From Candidatus Bathyarchaeota archaeon (GTDB lineage: Archaea; Thermoproteota; Bathyarchaeia; Bathyarchaeales; Bathycorpusculaceae), in the NCBI GenBank assembly GCA_963775465.1, contig CAVZIW010000006.1, positions 252,755-316,754 of the forward strand: a stretch of 64,000 bases of DNA. Direction: 5' to 3'. The notes beneath the pieces are model-generated. The model did no database searches. It was given only the letters and a program-made list of their open reading frames with translations, and had not been told where the DNA came from. Below, in pieces: positions 28,649 through 38,702 of the stretch. The number at the start of each line of letters is the position of its first letter. Position 1 is the stretch's first letter. Both the position numbers and the translations under genes were made by a program.

Positions 28649-28843
28649 ATGGAAACAATGATGAAACAAATATCAAAAAGAGAAAACCGCCAAGAAACTT
28701 TTTGCAAACGCGAATACATGCCAAGAGTGCATGAAGTTAGAGCGCCATGTCAATGGCTAAACCATTGTAACGACGGAAAATGTCCTGCTTTTGTAAGGCT
28801 GAACGGTAACTTTTATTGTGCTAAAACTCGTTCAATTACCTAA
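28649..28843 (+). CDS. Small Cys-rich hypothetical protein
   Basis: 64 aa with five Cys and AT-rich promoter-like sequence upstream. Confidence 0.4.
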   Translation: METMMKQISKRENRQETFCKREYMPRVHEVRAPCQWLNHCNDGKCPAFVRLNGNFYCAKTRSIT

Positions 28844-28853
28844 TTTCTTTTCT

Positions 28854-29765
28854 TTAATCCTTCAAAAATGATCTAGCTTCTTTTAGAATATTCACCGACT
28901 TTGAAAACTTTGCTTTTGTTTTCTCCGAGAGTTCGAGTTCGATAATTTTTTCAACCCCTTCTTTTCCCAAAACTACGGGTACTCCGATAGACAAACCTGA
29001 ATGGCCATATTCGCCATCTAGAGAGGTGGATACACTCATGACACGATTTCTTCCCGTTAAAATCGCATCTGCCATTATAGCAATCACCATACCCGGAGCA
29101 TAAACAGTGCTACCTTTGAGTTGAATAACATCTGCACCTGACGTTACAGTGGCATGAACAATTTTGTCAAGTTGTTCGGATGTGAGTAAGCTGGTTACGG
29201 GTATGCCTGAGACAGACGCGTATTCAACAAGAGGAACCATACTATCACCATGTTCACCAATCACTAATCCTCGTGTGTCTTCCCGCGAAACACTCAACTC
29301 GTTAGCTAAGTATGTTCTAAACCGCATTGAATCTAAAATGTTGCCCATTCCAAATATGCAACATCTAGGTAATCCGCTCACCTTAGCTGCCATATAGGTC
29401 ATTATGTCAACAGGATTTGTTACTATCATAAGCTTGCAGTCAGGCGCGTTTTTAATCACTTCTCTCGCTATACCGCTAACGATTTGGGCGTTGGTGTTCA
29501 TTAGGTCAAACCGAGTCATATCAGGACGTCGGCCAAGACCTGCTGTGATAATTACAAGTTCTGAACCTGCCATTTCTTTGTAATCGCTAGTTCCGCGGAT
29601 TTTGCCGTCAAACCCGATGGCTGGCGCTGCTTGCATCATATCCATAGCTTCACCTTTAGCTGCTTTTTCGTTAGAATCAATCAAAACAACATCGCTTATT
29701 TTGTAACGTAGAATATCAAAAGCTGCGGCGCTTCCAACTTTGCCTGCGCCAATAACAGTTATCAT
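28854..29765 (-). CDS. mdh: Malate dehydrogenase (LDH-like)
   Basis: ITVIGAGKVG, TAG..RRPDMTR.DL...N, VTNPVD, LDSMR, GEHGDSMVP. Start at the ATG at 29765. Confidence 0.9.
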   Translation of the reverse strand: MITVIGAGKVGSAAAFDILRYKISDVVLIDSNEKAAKGEAMDMMQAAPAIGFDGKIRGTSDYKEMAGSELVIITAGLGRRPDMTRFDLMNTNAQIVSGIAREVIKNAPDCKLMIVTNPVDIMTYMAAKVSGLPRCCIFGMGNILDSMRFRTYLANELSVSREDTRGLVIGEHGDSMVPLVEYASVSGIPVTSLLTSEQLDKIVHATVTSGADVIQLKGSTVYAPGMVIAIMADAILTGRNRVMSVSTSLDGEYGHSGLSIGVPVVLGKEGVEKIIELELSEKTKAKFSKSVNILKEARSFLKD

Positions 29766-30206
29766 TGTATAAAACCTATAGAATAAGATTAACAAGTTGA
29801 ATATAACTAACGCGCTTAAAAGCCAATTTTGGTGATTATCTGATGGAATATTATTTCGCAACATTTCCAATTCTTGGTGTGGTTGTCAATAAAATCACGG
29901 GGAAAAAATGACTGATTGATCTTGACAAATTAATTCCATCAAGAATGTGGTTCAGAAACCTTCAAAATCGTCTACCGCGACGCAGGCATTTTTCACTATA
30001 TAGAGATCAAATTTCAGAGGCATTTTAGAATTTTTAGAGGTATTATTTGCATTTAGAATTTTTTCACGTAAATTTAAATTATCCTGTAGAAAAATAATTC
30101 TTCTTCTAAATCTTGAGTAACGACAATCGCACTGTGGGTGTTTTAAGCGCTTACAATATAAGGGTAGAGTGTTATTTTATTAACTAACAAAGCTCTTGGG
30201 GGAAAT

Positions 30207-31826
30207 TTGATAAATAAGCCTCGCACAATTTTGGCTATCGTGCTTATCGTATTTACCCTTTCAGTAAACTTCGACTTTGTTCCGATTAAGGCTGCTGATT
30301 CACAGGCTTCCTGGAGTTTGTTATCTCCCATGCCTACTCCCCGAGGAGGACTCGGGTTGGCTGTTGCAGGTGGCAAAATCTATGCCATTGGTGGGGTAAC
30401 AGAAGATAATAAGCCAGTTAGTATAACTGAAGAGTACAATCCCGCTACAAATCAGTGGACAAACAAAATGTCGATGCCTACTGCCAGAAGTGCCTTTGCT
30501 ATATCAGTCTATCAAGGAAAGATTTACGTAATTGGTGGTACAGTTGGCAATAATGGGTATGTTGGAAACAACGAAGTATATGATCCGGCGACTAACACTT
30601 GGCAAACAAAAGCCTCCATGCCAACTCCAAGAAGTGACCTGTCTGCAAACATAGTTGACAATAAAATCTATTTAATAGGCGGAAAAAGATATTCGAGTGC
30701 TAGCCCCTTTTATGGTGAAACCAATATTAACGAAGTCTATGACCCTACAAGCGACACATGGACCACAAAAAGTCCGATTCCAATTGCAGTTGAAGGATAT
30801 GGTTCTGCAGCTATAGATAGTAAAATCTACATTTTAGGGGGCTCAAGATATCTGAGCAGCTCAGGAAGTTCCACCAGCATTTCAAACAATCAAGTTTATG
30901 ACGCTCAAAATGACAACTGGACTTCGGCTAAGGTTTTACCTGAAGGTGCAAGTTACGGGGCAACAGCAACCACTGAAGGATTTATGGCGCCGATTTTGAC
31001 CTATTTTATTGGTGGACTAATAGACGGCCAAAATAGTGGCGAAACCCAAATTTTTAACTCTACAGACAATTCTTGGGTCTCTGGCGACCCGATGCTAACT
31101 CCTAGAGCTTACTTTGGTTTGGCAGTTCTTAATGATGTTCTTTATGCAATCGGTGGATTTGATGGGCAAGAATGGTTAGATATCAATGAGCGTTACCAAC
31201 CAGTGGGTTATGGTACTATTCCTCCAAAAGTGCTGGTTACTTCACCTGAAAATAATACCTATGCTGAAGCCAAATTATCTTTTACAGTTAATCGTGGTGT
31301 TGATTGGATTGGATATAGTTTGGATAATCAAGCCAATGTGACAATCAAATCTGAAATTGCCCTCACAAATCTTACTGATGGAAGTCACAAAATAACTTTG
31401 TTTGCTAATGATAGTTTTGGTAATATGGGTAATTCAAATACTGTTTTCTTTTCTATAGATACTCAACCGCCGGTTATCAATGTGCTGCTGCCACAAAATC
31501 GAACCTACGATTCAACTGACATTCAATTGACATTTGTATTGAACGAGCAAGCTGCAAACATTTCTTACAGTTTAGATGAACAAGAAAAAATATCAATTAT
31601 CGGAAACGTTACTCTTCCAGCATTATCGGATGGTTCACATCATGTAACACTTTACGCATCAGACGAAACTGGAAATTCAGGTGACGTAACAGTTTACTTC
31701 AATATTTCCTCTTTTCCAACCCTCGAGGTAGCCGCGGGGGTTGCGCTCGTAATAATCGCGTTAGCGTCAGGGTATATATTCTTAAAACGAAAAAACCCCA
31801 CTCCCTCAAAAGGGAAGGTAACTTAA
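30207..31826 (+). CDS. Secreted Kelch-repeat surface protein with Ig-like domains and a C-terminal membrane anchor
   Basis: Signal peptide, repeated MPTPR...KIY.IGG...EVYDP..NTW, two YSLD...L.DGSH modules, TM helix plus KRK. Confidence 0.88.
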   Translation: MINKPRTILAIVLIVFTLSVNFDFVPIKAADSQASWSLLSPMPTPRGGLGLAVAGGKIYAIGGVTEDNKPVSITEEYNPATNQWTNKMSMPTARSAFAISVYQGKIYVIGGTVGNNGYVGNNEVYDPATNTWQTKASMPTPRSDLSANIVDNKIYLIGGKRYSSASPFYGETNINEVYDPTSDTWTTKSPIPIAVEGYGSAAIDSKIYILGGSRYLSSSGSSTSISNNQVYDAQNDNWTSAKVLPEGASYGATATTEGFMAPILTYFIGGLIDGQNSGETQIFNSTDNSWVSGDPMLTPRAYFGLAVLNDVLYAIGGFDGQEWLDINERYQPVGYGTIPPKVLVTSPENNTYAEAKLSFTVNRGVDWIGYSLDNQANVTIKSEIALTNLTDGSHKITLFANDSFGNMGNSNTVFFSIDTQPPVINVLLPQNRTYDSTDIQLTFVLNEQAANISYSLDEQEKISIIGNVTLPALSDGSHHVTLYASDETGNSGDVTVYFNISSFPTLEVAAGVALVIIALASGYIFLKRKNPTPSKGKVT

Positions 31827-31937
31827 GCAACTTAAGACCCTACTTGACTAAATATGTTAAAAAAGATCTCTGTTACTGTCCTTTGAACCAGAAAATCTTA
31901 ATTAATAAAAAACAATGCATCCAGAGCAGGAAATCAA

Positions 31938-32189
31938 ATGGGCTACAAAATCGATTATCTTTGTGCTGAAAGAGTTTATTGTTCATCCAAGATTGTTATT
32001 GCGGACAGGATTTTTTATGCTAAACACTTTTCTGGTGGTACCTCACATTTTTTTTCAGGAGATCAACAAGGTGTTATTCAAAAAGAAATTTCAGAAGCTG
32101 AATTCAATTTATGGATAAATGTTTTAGCTGATAATGAAAAAGATGTGGCTGAAATTCAAAAGAAAATGTCGTTGGGAAAAAAATACTAA
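31938..32189 (+). CDS. Hypothetical protein
   Basis: 83-aa ORF with a CAGGA upstream and protein-like composition. Confidence 0.55.
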   Translation: MGYKIDYLCAERVYCSSKIVIADRIFYAKHFSGGTSHFFSGDQQGVIQKEISEAEFNLWINVLADNEKDVAEIQKKMSLGKKY

Positions 32190-32614
32190 TATTCTCAGTT
32201 GTCTATGATGAGTTTTCTTGACAGCTATTAACATAACTTGATGAAATATCATTTAAGACTATTCAGTTAACAACTAGAATAATAAAATAATAATCGTTAT
32301 ATTCCGGTGCTAATGCGGATTGCTTTGTTTTAACTAAAAATTGCTAGATGAAAGATAGGTTATATAATTGAATTGTTTAGGGGCTAACGAAACGCTTCGT
32401 ATTTCTTGATTAATATTTGAGTAGTTCTGTTTTGGTCATTTTTTATATACTGGCTCTTTGAGAAGTTTTATCAAGTGCGTTATAGCGGTCTCTTCGTAAG
32501 CCTTTGTTAATTCTTTGCATTTTCAAGGCACCCATAAATATCTTATCTGAAAACAGAAAGAAGTTTAAGTTTATAGGCTCTGTTATGTGTAATTAGAAGA
32601 GGCTAAGATAAGCT

Positions 32615-33640
32615 ATGCCTGTTGATTTAGTGCCTTGGGATACGAACCACAATATGCTTGATGAAGCTAGCAGTCTATATGATGAAGCTGGAACCTTTGA
32701 CTGCATAGAAAAAGGAGACTTAGTCGCAGTAAAACTCCACGTTGGCGAATTAGGTAACCCATATTATGTTCAGCCTTTCTTTGTTCACGATATTATTCGC
32801 CGGGTTTTAGAGGCTGGTGGCAAACCCTTCCTTACCGACTCAAGCACTGCCTACCAAGCTCAAAGGCACAACGCTGTGGATCATATAAAAACTGCTTTCA
32901 TGAATGGTTTTAACATGGCCCCTTTCATAGTTGCAGACGGATTGAAAGGCGAAAACTTCCAAAAAGTAAAAACCAAAGGAATCCTTCACGAAATTGAAGT
33001 GTCAGGAGCGATCGTGAAAGCTGATGCTATGATAGTAGTTTCGCACTGCAAAGGTCATGAACTCAGCGGGTTTGGAGGAGCCATCAAGAACATAGGTATG
33101 GGTTGCACATCTGAAGCTGGCAAAATTAGGCAACACAGAGTTGTAGGTTTAGACATTGACATTTCGAAATGTGTTGGTTGTGGTAAATGCAAAGAAGCAT
33201 GCATGTTACACCTCCCAAACATAATCGAAGGAAAAGCCCACAACAATTCGCCGCTTTGTATGCGTTGTCCAGTTTGCATAGAAGCTTGCCCGATGGATGC
33301 AATAAGCTTCATGGGCAAAGAAAATCTCAGCAAAGCATTGGCATCTGCAGTTGTGGGCGTTTTGTCAACATTTAATCCTAGAAAAGTCGCTTACGTAAGT
33401 TTTGCCAAGGATATTGCTGCTGGATGTGATTGTTTACCTAATCCCGGAGAAATAGTGCTCAAAGATGTGGGTGTTTTTGCATCTGATTCAGCCATCTCGA
33501 TCGACTCGGCTTTTTTGCGTTCAGTTAATTATGAAGTATTGAACGCTTTGTCAGAAGTGGATTGTTGGACACAAGTTAAAGAAGCTAAAGCCCTTGGTGT
33601 TGAAGGAGAACTTAACCCTTTAATCAATATCTTAGGCTGA
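32615..33640 (+). CDS. DUF362 family protein with a 2x[4Fe-4S] ferredoxin domain
   Basis: VAVKLHVGE.GN, SHCKGH...GFGGAIKN.GMG, CVGCGKC..AC and CMRCPVC..ACP. Confidence 0.85.
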   Translation: MPVDLVPWDTNHNMLDEASSLYDEAGTFDCIEKGDLVAVKLHVGELGNPYYVQPFFVHDIIRRVLEAGGKPFLTDSSTAYQAQRHNAVDHIKTAFMNGFNMAPFIVADGLKGENFQKVKTKGILHEIEVSGAIVKADAMIVVSHCKGHELSGFGGAIKNIGMGCTSEAGKIRQHRVVGLDIDISKCVGCGKCKEACMLHLPNIIEGKAHNNSPLCMRCPVCIEACPMDAISFMGKENLSKALASAVVGVLSTFNPRKVAYVSFAKDIAAGCDCLPNPGEIVLKDVGVFASDSAISIDSAFLRSVNYEVLNALSEVDCWTQVKEAKALGVEGELNPLINILG

Positions 33641-34378
33641 CTATTTTGTAAGACGTTTTCTTCGTTTTCTTTTTAGGACAAGGAATAATCCTAGTATTAT
33701 AATGAAAGCAAAAGTTCCGATAATTATGTAATGTGATACATTGGCGACTTCTCTCCAGTTCGATCCTAAATAGTACCCTACATAAATGAGCAGTGTATTC
33801 CAAATTGCACAACCTGCTAATGTGTAGGCAACAAACTTTGATAGTGGCATTTTTACTGCCCCAGCTGGGAAAGAAATCAGTGTGCGAAAGCCAGGAATTA
33901 AACGTCCAAGAAACACCATGGCTGGACCGTATTTAGTAAACCATGATGCAACAATTTTTAGCTGGTTTTCTGAGAAGATAGGACGACCAAGCACTCGGTA
34001 TTTGGTTATAGCTTGAGTTCCTTTGAGTCCAATAAAATAATCTATAAGAGAACCGATAACGGCTGAAATAGTTGAAACAAAAATCATTATGACGATGTTT
34101 AGATTGTACTGTCCAGTCGAAATCAGGTAACCTGCAAACGGCAAGATAACTTCACTTGGAATCGGCAGGGAACTGGCTTCAAGTAGCATTAAGCCGAAAA
34201 CACCAAAATAACCCATTGAACGAATAGTTGTCTTTACATCTTTGGTGAACGAGAATACAGCACTAATATCGGTTAATATTATAAAAATTATGTAGCTTAT
34301 CAACACTGCAACTATAGCCAAGATTATGAATTGTGGCGCTTTCCGTTTTAGTATCTCAACTTTTGAGTGCAAGACCAA
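33641..34378 (-). CDS. DedA family membrane protein
   Basis: LEASSLPIPSEVILPFAG, F.KYG...VFLGRLIPGFRTLISFPAG. Confidence 0.9.
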   Translation of the reverse strand: MVLHSKVEILKRKAPQFIILAIVAVLISYIIFIILTDISAVFSFTKDVKTTIRSMGYFGVFGLMLLEASSLPIPSEVILPFAGYLISTGQYNLNIVIMIFVSTISAVIGSLIDYFIGLKGTQAITKYRVLGRPIFSENQLKIVASWFTKYGPAMVFLGRLIPGFRTLISFPAGAVKMPLSKFVAYTLAGCAIWNTLLIYVGYYLGSNWREVANVSHYIIIGTFAFIIILGLFLVLKRKRRKRLTK

Positions 34379-34614
34379 AGATAACCGTTCTACCTATTTA
34401 AACAAACAAGAATTTTAACTTGTACTATATTTCTTGATAAAATCAGGAAACTACACCAGAATAGGGTATTAATTGGCCGAGCTGTTTTTTGGCTCTGTTT
34501 TTTTTTAGATCACATATCTTCGATAAAGCCTTTTATTAATGAAAGATTAGTGCCAGTTAGCATAGAGATATTAGGTGGGCTTCGTATTTTTACTTCTCTT
34601 TAAGTGCTGATTGT

Positions 34615-35031
34615 ATGGAGTGTAAATTACAAGTTTTTAAGCGGCTACAAACGGAAAGTTTAGCAAAAACTTATCGTTTTGCCGTACTGGATTTTAGTAA
34701 GTCTAAAGATTATCCTGCGAACTTCGTTTGTATGTTACCTATAAAAGTTGACCAGCGAAAGGGAAAAACTCCAAATGTATTCGGTGAGCTTTTTGGTGAA
34801 AAAAGCCTTAAATTTGCAATAGAACTGCTGAACGATGCTCTTGAAAGCGAGAGTGATGTCGAAGTCAAAGCAGAGTTAGAAAGAAGACTCAAGCTCATTG
34901 ATCCCAATCAAATTACTCTCATCAAGTGTAGTCAGTGTAAAAAGCCCTTTCAACCGCGAAAAATAAGAAAATACAAGAAAAACTTTTGCGATGATTGTAT
35001 CAAGTCAAGATATAGCCAAAGACAATACTGA
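34615..35031 (+). CDS. Hypothetical protein with a C-terminal Zn finger
   Basis: CSQC...FCDDC. Confidence 0.6.
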   Translation: MECKLQVFKRLQTESLAKTYRFAVLDFSKSKDYPANFVCMLPIKVDQRKGKTPNVFGELFGEKSLKFAIELLNDALESESDVEVKAELERRLKLIDPNQITLIKCSQCKKPFQPRKIRKYKKNFCDDCIKSRYSQRQY

Positions 35032-35368
35032 TTAATAGCCGCTTTCCTCTGAACGAGAATGGCAATTAAAAATTGTAAAAAAGTCTTTCAATAATTAAAT
35101 GGATATTGGTTCCTGAAGCAAGAGTTATATTTTTACAAAGTTTGTAGATTTTGCTCAAAAAAAGCGTTTTTGATATAATGTTATCTGAAAAAACCAGAAT
35201 TCAGTTTTGTTCTTATTGTCGAGGCAAAATGGAATTTATTTTCCATACCCTAATATACTCGCAATAACATTTTAGAGTATTGGAATTCTTTAGAGGAAAA
35301 GGCACGAAAGTATAGTTTACTTTTTCTCCAATTATTCTAATTAAGATCTTTAGAATAAGGTTTGAAGT

Positions 35369-35674
35369 ATGGGTAAAAGAAGAATAACAAACGAAGGCAG
35401 TCTTGATAATATGATTTTGCCTTCATCAAATGACGTTTTAGGCATTGCAATAAAGATGTTGGGTGCCGATCGAATCTTGGTAAAATGTCAGGATGGAAAA
35501 GAACGGTTATGTAGAATCAGGGGTAAACTGAAAAGACGCGTGTGGATAAGAGACGGAGACATAGTTTTGGTTTCCCCTTGGGATTTCCAGAGCGATTCTA
35601 GAGGCGACATTTTCTGGCGCTATAGAAAAAACCAGTCCGATTGGCTTAGAAATCACAATTATCTTACTATGTAG
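35369..35674 (+). CDS. eif1a: Translation initiation factor aIF-1A
   Basis: KMLGADR..VKCQDGKERLCRIRGKLKRRVWIR.GDIVLV.PWDFQ..RGDI.WRY. Confidence 0.93.
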   Translation: MGKRRITNEGSLDNMILPSSNDVLGIAIKMLGADRILVKCQDGKERLCRIRGKLKRRVWIRDGDIVLVSPWDFQSDSRGDIFWRYRKNQSDWLRNHNYLTM

Positions 35675-35688
35675 GAGCGTTATCAAAA

Positions 35689-35859
35689 ATTATCGTTAAA
35701 TGTACTGAATGTGGAAACACATTCATCAAAGAAGGTCCAATTCATAACGAAGTGGTCAACTGCCCTATCTGTGAAGCCCAATATAAAGCAGTTATAACTA
35801 ATGGAAAATTACGTCTAGAAGATTTTGTCTTTGACGAAAATGACCCTGGCGAGCTCTAA
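35689..35859 (+). CDS. LysW-like Zn-ribbon carrier protein (56 aa, absent from the ORF track)
   Basis: Manual translation (I/M)IVKCTECGNTFIKEGPIHNEVVNCPICEAQYKAVITNGKLRLEDFVFDENDPGEL*. Two CxxC motifs and an acidic tail. No ATG/GTG/TTG between the in-frame TAG at 35647 and the first Cys. Confidence 0.7.
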   Translation: MIVKCTECGNTFIKEGPIHNEVVNCPICEAQYKAVITNGKLRLEDFVFDENDPGEL

Positions 35860-35880
35860 ATTCTCAATTAAAGTGATAGT

Positions 35881-36408
35881 ATGAGTGAAAACAAAACTAA
35901 TTTCATAATTGCTGTTCGTGGTTATAAAAATGTAACAAGACAGAAAAATGGAAACTTTACTGATGTTACAGCATTAGATAATCTGAACAACAAAGTCCTT
36001 TTGCGCATGATAAAGCCTTTGACTAGCGAGTACATTAGTCTAAATGATGTTAAAAATATGGCAGAGCTAATTAAACAACATGATTATAATTCTGCAATCT
36101 TGATAAGTAGAAAATTCACTGATAGTGCATTAGAGGAAATGAGAAAACAAAAAATTCAGCATGTTTCAGAAGACTACATGCCTCCATTTGATATACAGGA
36201 ATTATATTCTGCGATAATGGATCGCGCAAATAACCAATGCCAAAAGAAATGTGGAAAAGTTTTAACAGCAATCTCAGATTGTAAAGAAAGTATGACTGAT
36301 ATCTGTAAAATAAAACTGCTTGCCGTAAACGCGAAAAATCACTTTGAAGATAATATGATTGGTTTACTAAAAAATGATCTTAAGATGGCTTTGGCATTAA
36401 ACCGATAA
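35881..36408 (+). CDS. Hypothetical protein, restriction-endonuclease-like (Mrr-type) fold with a Cys-containing C-terminus
   Basis: RGY....DVTA.......I..NDVKNM......SAILISRKFTDSA pattern. Confidence 0.5.
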   Translation: MSENKTNFIIAVRGYKNVTRQKNGNFTDVTALDNLNNKVLLRMIKPLTSEYISLNDVKNMAELIKQHDYNSAILISRKFTDSALEEMRKQKIQHVSEDYMPPFDIQELYSAIMDRANNQCQKKCGKVLTAISDCKESMTDICKIKLLAVNAKNHFEDNMIGLLKNDLKMALALNR

Positions 36409-36445
36409 GCTTTTCTAATATCATTTGAATTTTGGAAGGAAGAAT

Positions 36446-37234
36446 ATGTCTGAACAAAAAACTGAGTGGCCAGAACCTGGTGACCTAGTCATCGCAACAA
36501 TAAAAACGGTGATGGATTACGGAGTATATGCTAATCTTGATGAATACAACAAGCGCGGTTTTCTTCATATCTCCGAAATTTCTAGCGCTCGTATAAGAAA
36601 CATCCGAGACTTTGTTCGTGAAAACCAAAAAATGGTTCTCAAAGTTCTTCGAGTTGACACCGAAAAAGGGCACATAGACTTGTCATTACGGCGCGTTACC
36701 AAACGTGAGCGAATTGAAAAGATTAAATCTTGGAAGAAAGATCGAAAAGGAGAAGCTTTGTTATATGTGGTTGCTGAACGTGCTGGTTTATCTAAGGATG
36801 AAGTCTATGAGAAAGTTGGTGCTATACTTGAAGAAAAATATGGTCTCTATGAAGGCTTTGAAAAGGTTCTAAAAGAAGGCGTTGAAATTCTTAAAGAGTC
36901 AAAGATTCCTGATGATTTGGCTTCAATTATATTTCAAGTTGCAGAAGCAAGAATTAGAGTCAAAACTGTAAAAGTCCGTGGTATCCTTGAAGTGCGTTGT
37001 TCCCGACCAAACGGTGTTAAATGCATTCAAGAAGCCTTTAAAGGTGCAAAGAAATCGCAAGAAAGCAAAGACTCTAAAATCGAGTTTTCTGTTATCGCTG
37101 CTCCAAAGTATCGGCTTGAAGTTTCAGCTGATAATTGGAAGCGTGCTGAAGAACTTCTTGATAAAGTTGGCGAAAGTGTGATTGCGAACATAGTCAGTTC
37201 AGGTGGACGGGGCGAATTTAAGCGGGAAAAATAG
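36446..37234 (+). CDS. eif2a: Translation initiation factor aIF-2 alpha subunit
   Basis: WPEPGDLVIAT, S1 domain GFLHISEIS...IRNIRDFV, KGHIDLSLRRV, APKYRL.V. Confidence 0.93.
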   Translation: MSEQKTEWPEPGDLVIATIKTVMDYGVYANLDEYNKRGFLHISEISSARIRNIRDFVRENQKMVLKVLRVDTEKGHIDLSLRRVTKRERIEKIKSWKKDRKGEALLYVVAERAGLSKDEVYEKVGAILEEKYGLYEGFEKVLKEGVEILKESKIPDDLASIIFQVAEARIRVKTVKVRGILEVRCSRPNGVKCIQEAFKGAKKSQESKDSKIEFSVIAAPKYRLEVSADNWKRAEELLDKVGESVIANIVSSGGRGEFKREK

Positions 37235-37482
37235 TAACGATTAGCTGAGACTAAACGCGTGAAGCATATAAGCTTTGATTTTTTAGCGCACTCAATTCAA
37301 AATTTTTACTTTTGTTTAGTGCAAACTACATGATTGAAAAACGGTTTCTTATTAAAGAACAGAGCTTTTAGATGAACAGTTGTCCTATTTCATATGCAAA
37401 TGTTTAAGTCACTGTGGATATCTATCTGATCAAGTTAATTCATTCGCTATTTTCGTAGCTTAAATTAACAGGATAACAAATA

Positions 37483-37701
37483 ATGTCCCAACAAACTAGA
37501 ACTGAAATTAAATGTAGTGATTGTGGCAAAACTGCTACTGTTCCCTTTAAGCCCACAGCAGGTAAACCAGTCTATTGCCGAGACTGTTTAAGTAAACATA
37601 GAACCCCGAGAACAGAAACTGGAACTCGGTTTGCAACTCGACACCAAGAACCAGAAAATGAAAAACAAGCTTGGTCTAGGCGACGAGAAAACTGGAAATA
37701 G
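37483..37701 (+). CDS. CxxC-x17-CxxC domain protein
   Basis: CSDCGKTATVPFKPTAGKPVYCRDC. Confidence 0.85.
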   Translation: MSQQTRTEIKCSDCGKTATVPFKPTAGKPVYCRDCLSKHRTPRTETGTRFATRHQEPENEKQAWSRRRENWK

Positions 37702-37924
37702 AGTGTTTCATCTTTAATTGAAATCTTTATTATCGTTTGAAAATCGTACTGTCCATTTTCCTCAATACGTGTGGTCATTTGTCGCAGAGTGGTAGTAAAT
37801 TCACCAAGATACCTAAAAGTTATTATCTCTTTTTTTAGTCTGTTAAGCGTTTTCTCAAATAGGATTGGGTTAAATACAATAAATGTATATAGCTTGTATG
37901 TTGTTTTAATCAGAGTGTGATTTT

Positions 37925-38053
37925 ATGCCTAGTGTATCAAGACGTAAAGAAAAAAATACGCAAATAGCCCATAAGAAAAAGGCTGAACGCGAAAAAGAAG
38001 CGAAGAAAAAACAGATGAGACAGCAACTTCCTCCCAAAGGTAAGAAACGTTAG
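37925..38053 (+). CDS. 42-aa highly basic small protein (absent from the ORF track)
   Basis: MPSVSRRKEKNTQIAHKKKAEREKEAKKKQMRQQLPPKGKKR*. GTGTGA just upstream and a TATA-like GTATATA at about 37885. Confidence 0.55.
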   Translation: MPSVSRRKEKNTQIAHKKKAEREKEAKKKQMRQQLPPKGKKR

Positions 38054-38167
38054 CTTAGACTTTAAGTGTCTTTATTTGATCTCAAAAATACATAAGCTAT
38101 TCAAGGTAGGAGAAGATAATGTTAAAGATAATTTCAAACTTTAAATTGACAATAGTGAGATTAATAT

Positions 38168-38416
38168 ATGAAACTAGCTGAAATTGCTATTCTGTTAAGG
38201 GAAATTGTTGACAGATGCCCAAATATGGAGGGGAGCACATTCACATTGATACCGCAGAAAGCTATGTACCCTTTGTACAATGGTTATCACATTAACATTA
38301 AGTTAAATATTACAAAAGAGAGCATAAGTTGCTTGAGGAAAATAGTCGAAGGGCACGACTTGGCAATGAAAATTAAAACTGACTCGATAATTGTCTTTGA
38401 AACTAGGGAAAGATAG
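38168..38416 (+). CDS. Hypothetical protein
   Basis: 82-aa ORF with a GTGAG upstream. Confidence 0.5.
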   Translation: MKLAEIAILLREIVDRCPNMEGSTFTLIPQKAMYPLYNGYHINIKLNITKESISCLRKIVEGHDLAMKIKTDSIIVFETRER

Positions 38417-38702
38417 AATAAATTTATTGCATCTAATTGAAAATAAAAACATAAATCACATGAATAATCCATTCTTGATTTTTAACAAACAAATTTATTA
38501 TCATTGTATGCCAGAAGGTTTAATGATTTTAACGAGTTAACCTCAGCAAAAAATGCGTGCCCACAGAAACGCATTTTTTATGGCAATATAAAATTATAAA
38601 TCAAGCTTACTAAAATTTATTTAAGTTTAGAAGATTTCTAAAAATCAAATAAAATGTTCATCGATTTGTTGGTTGCTGACTGTTTGATTTGGAATGTTAG
38701 TT

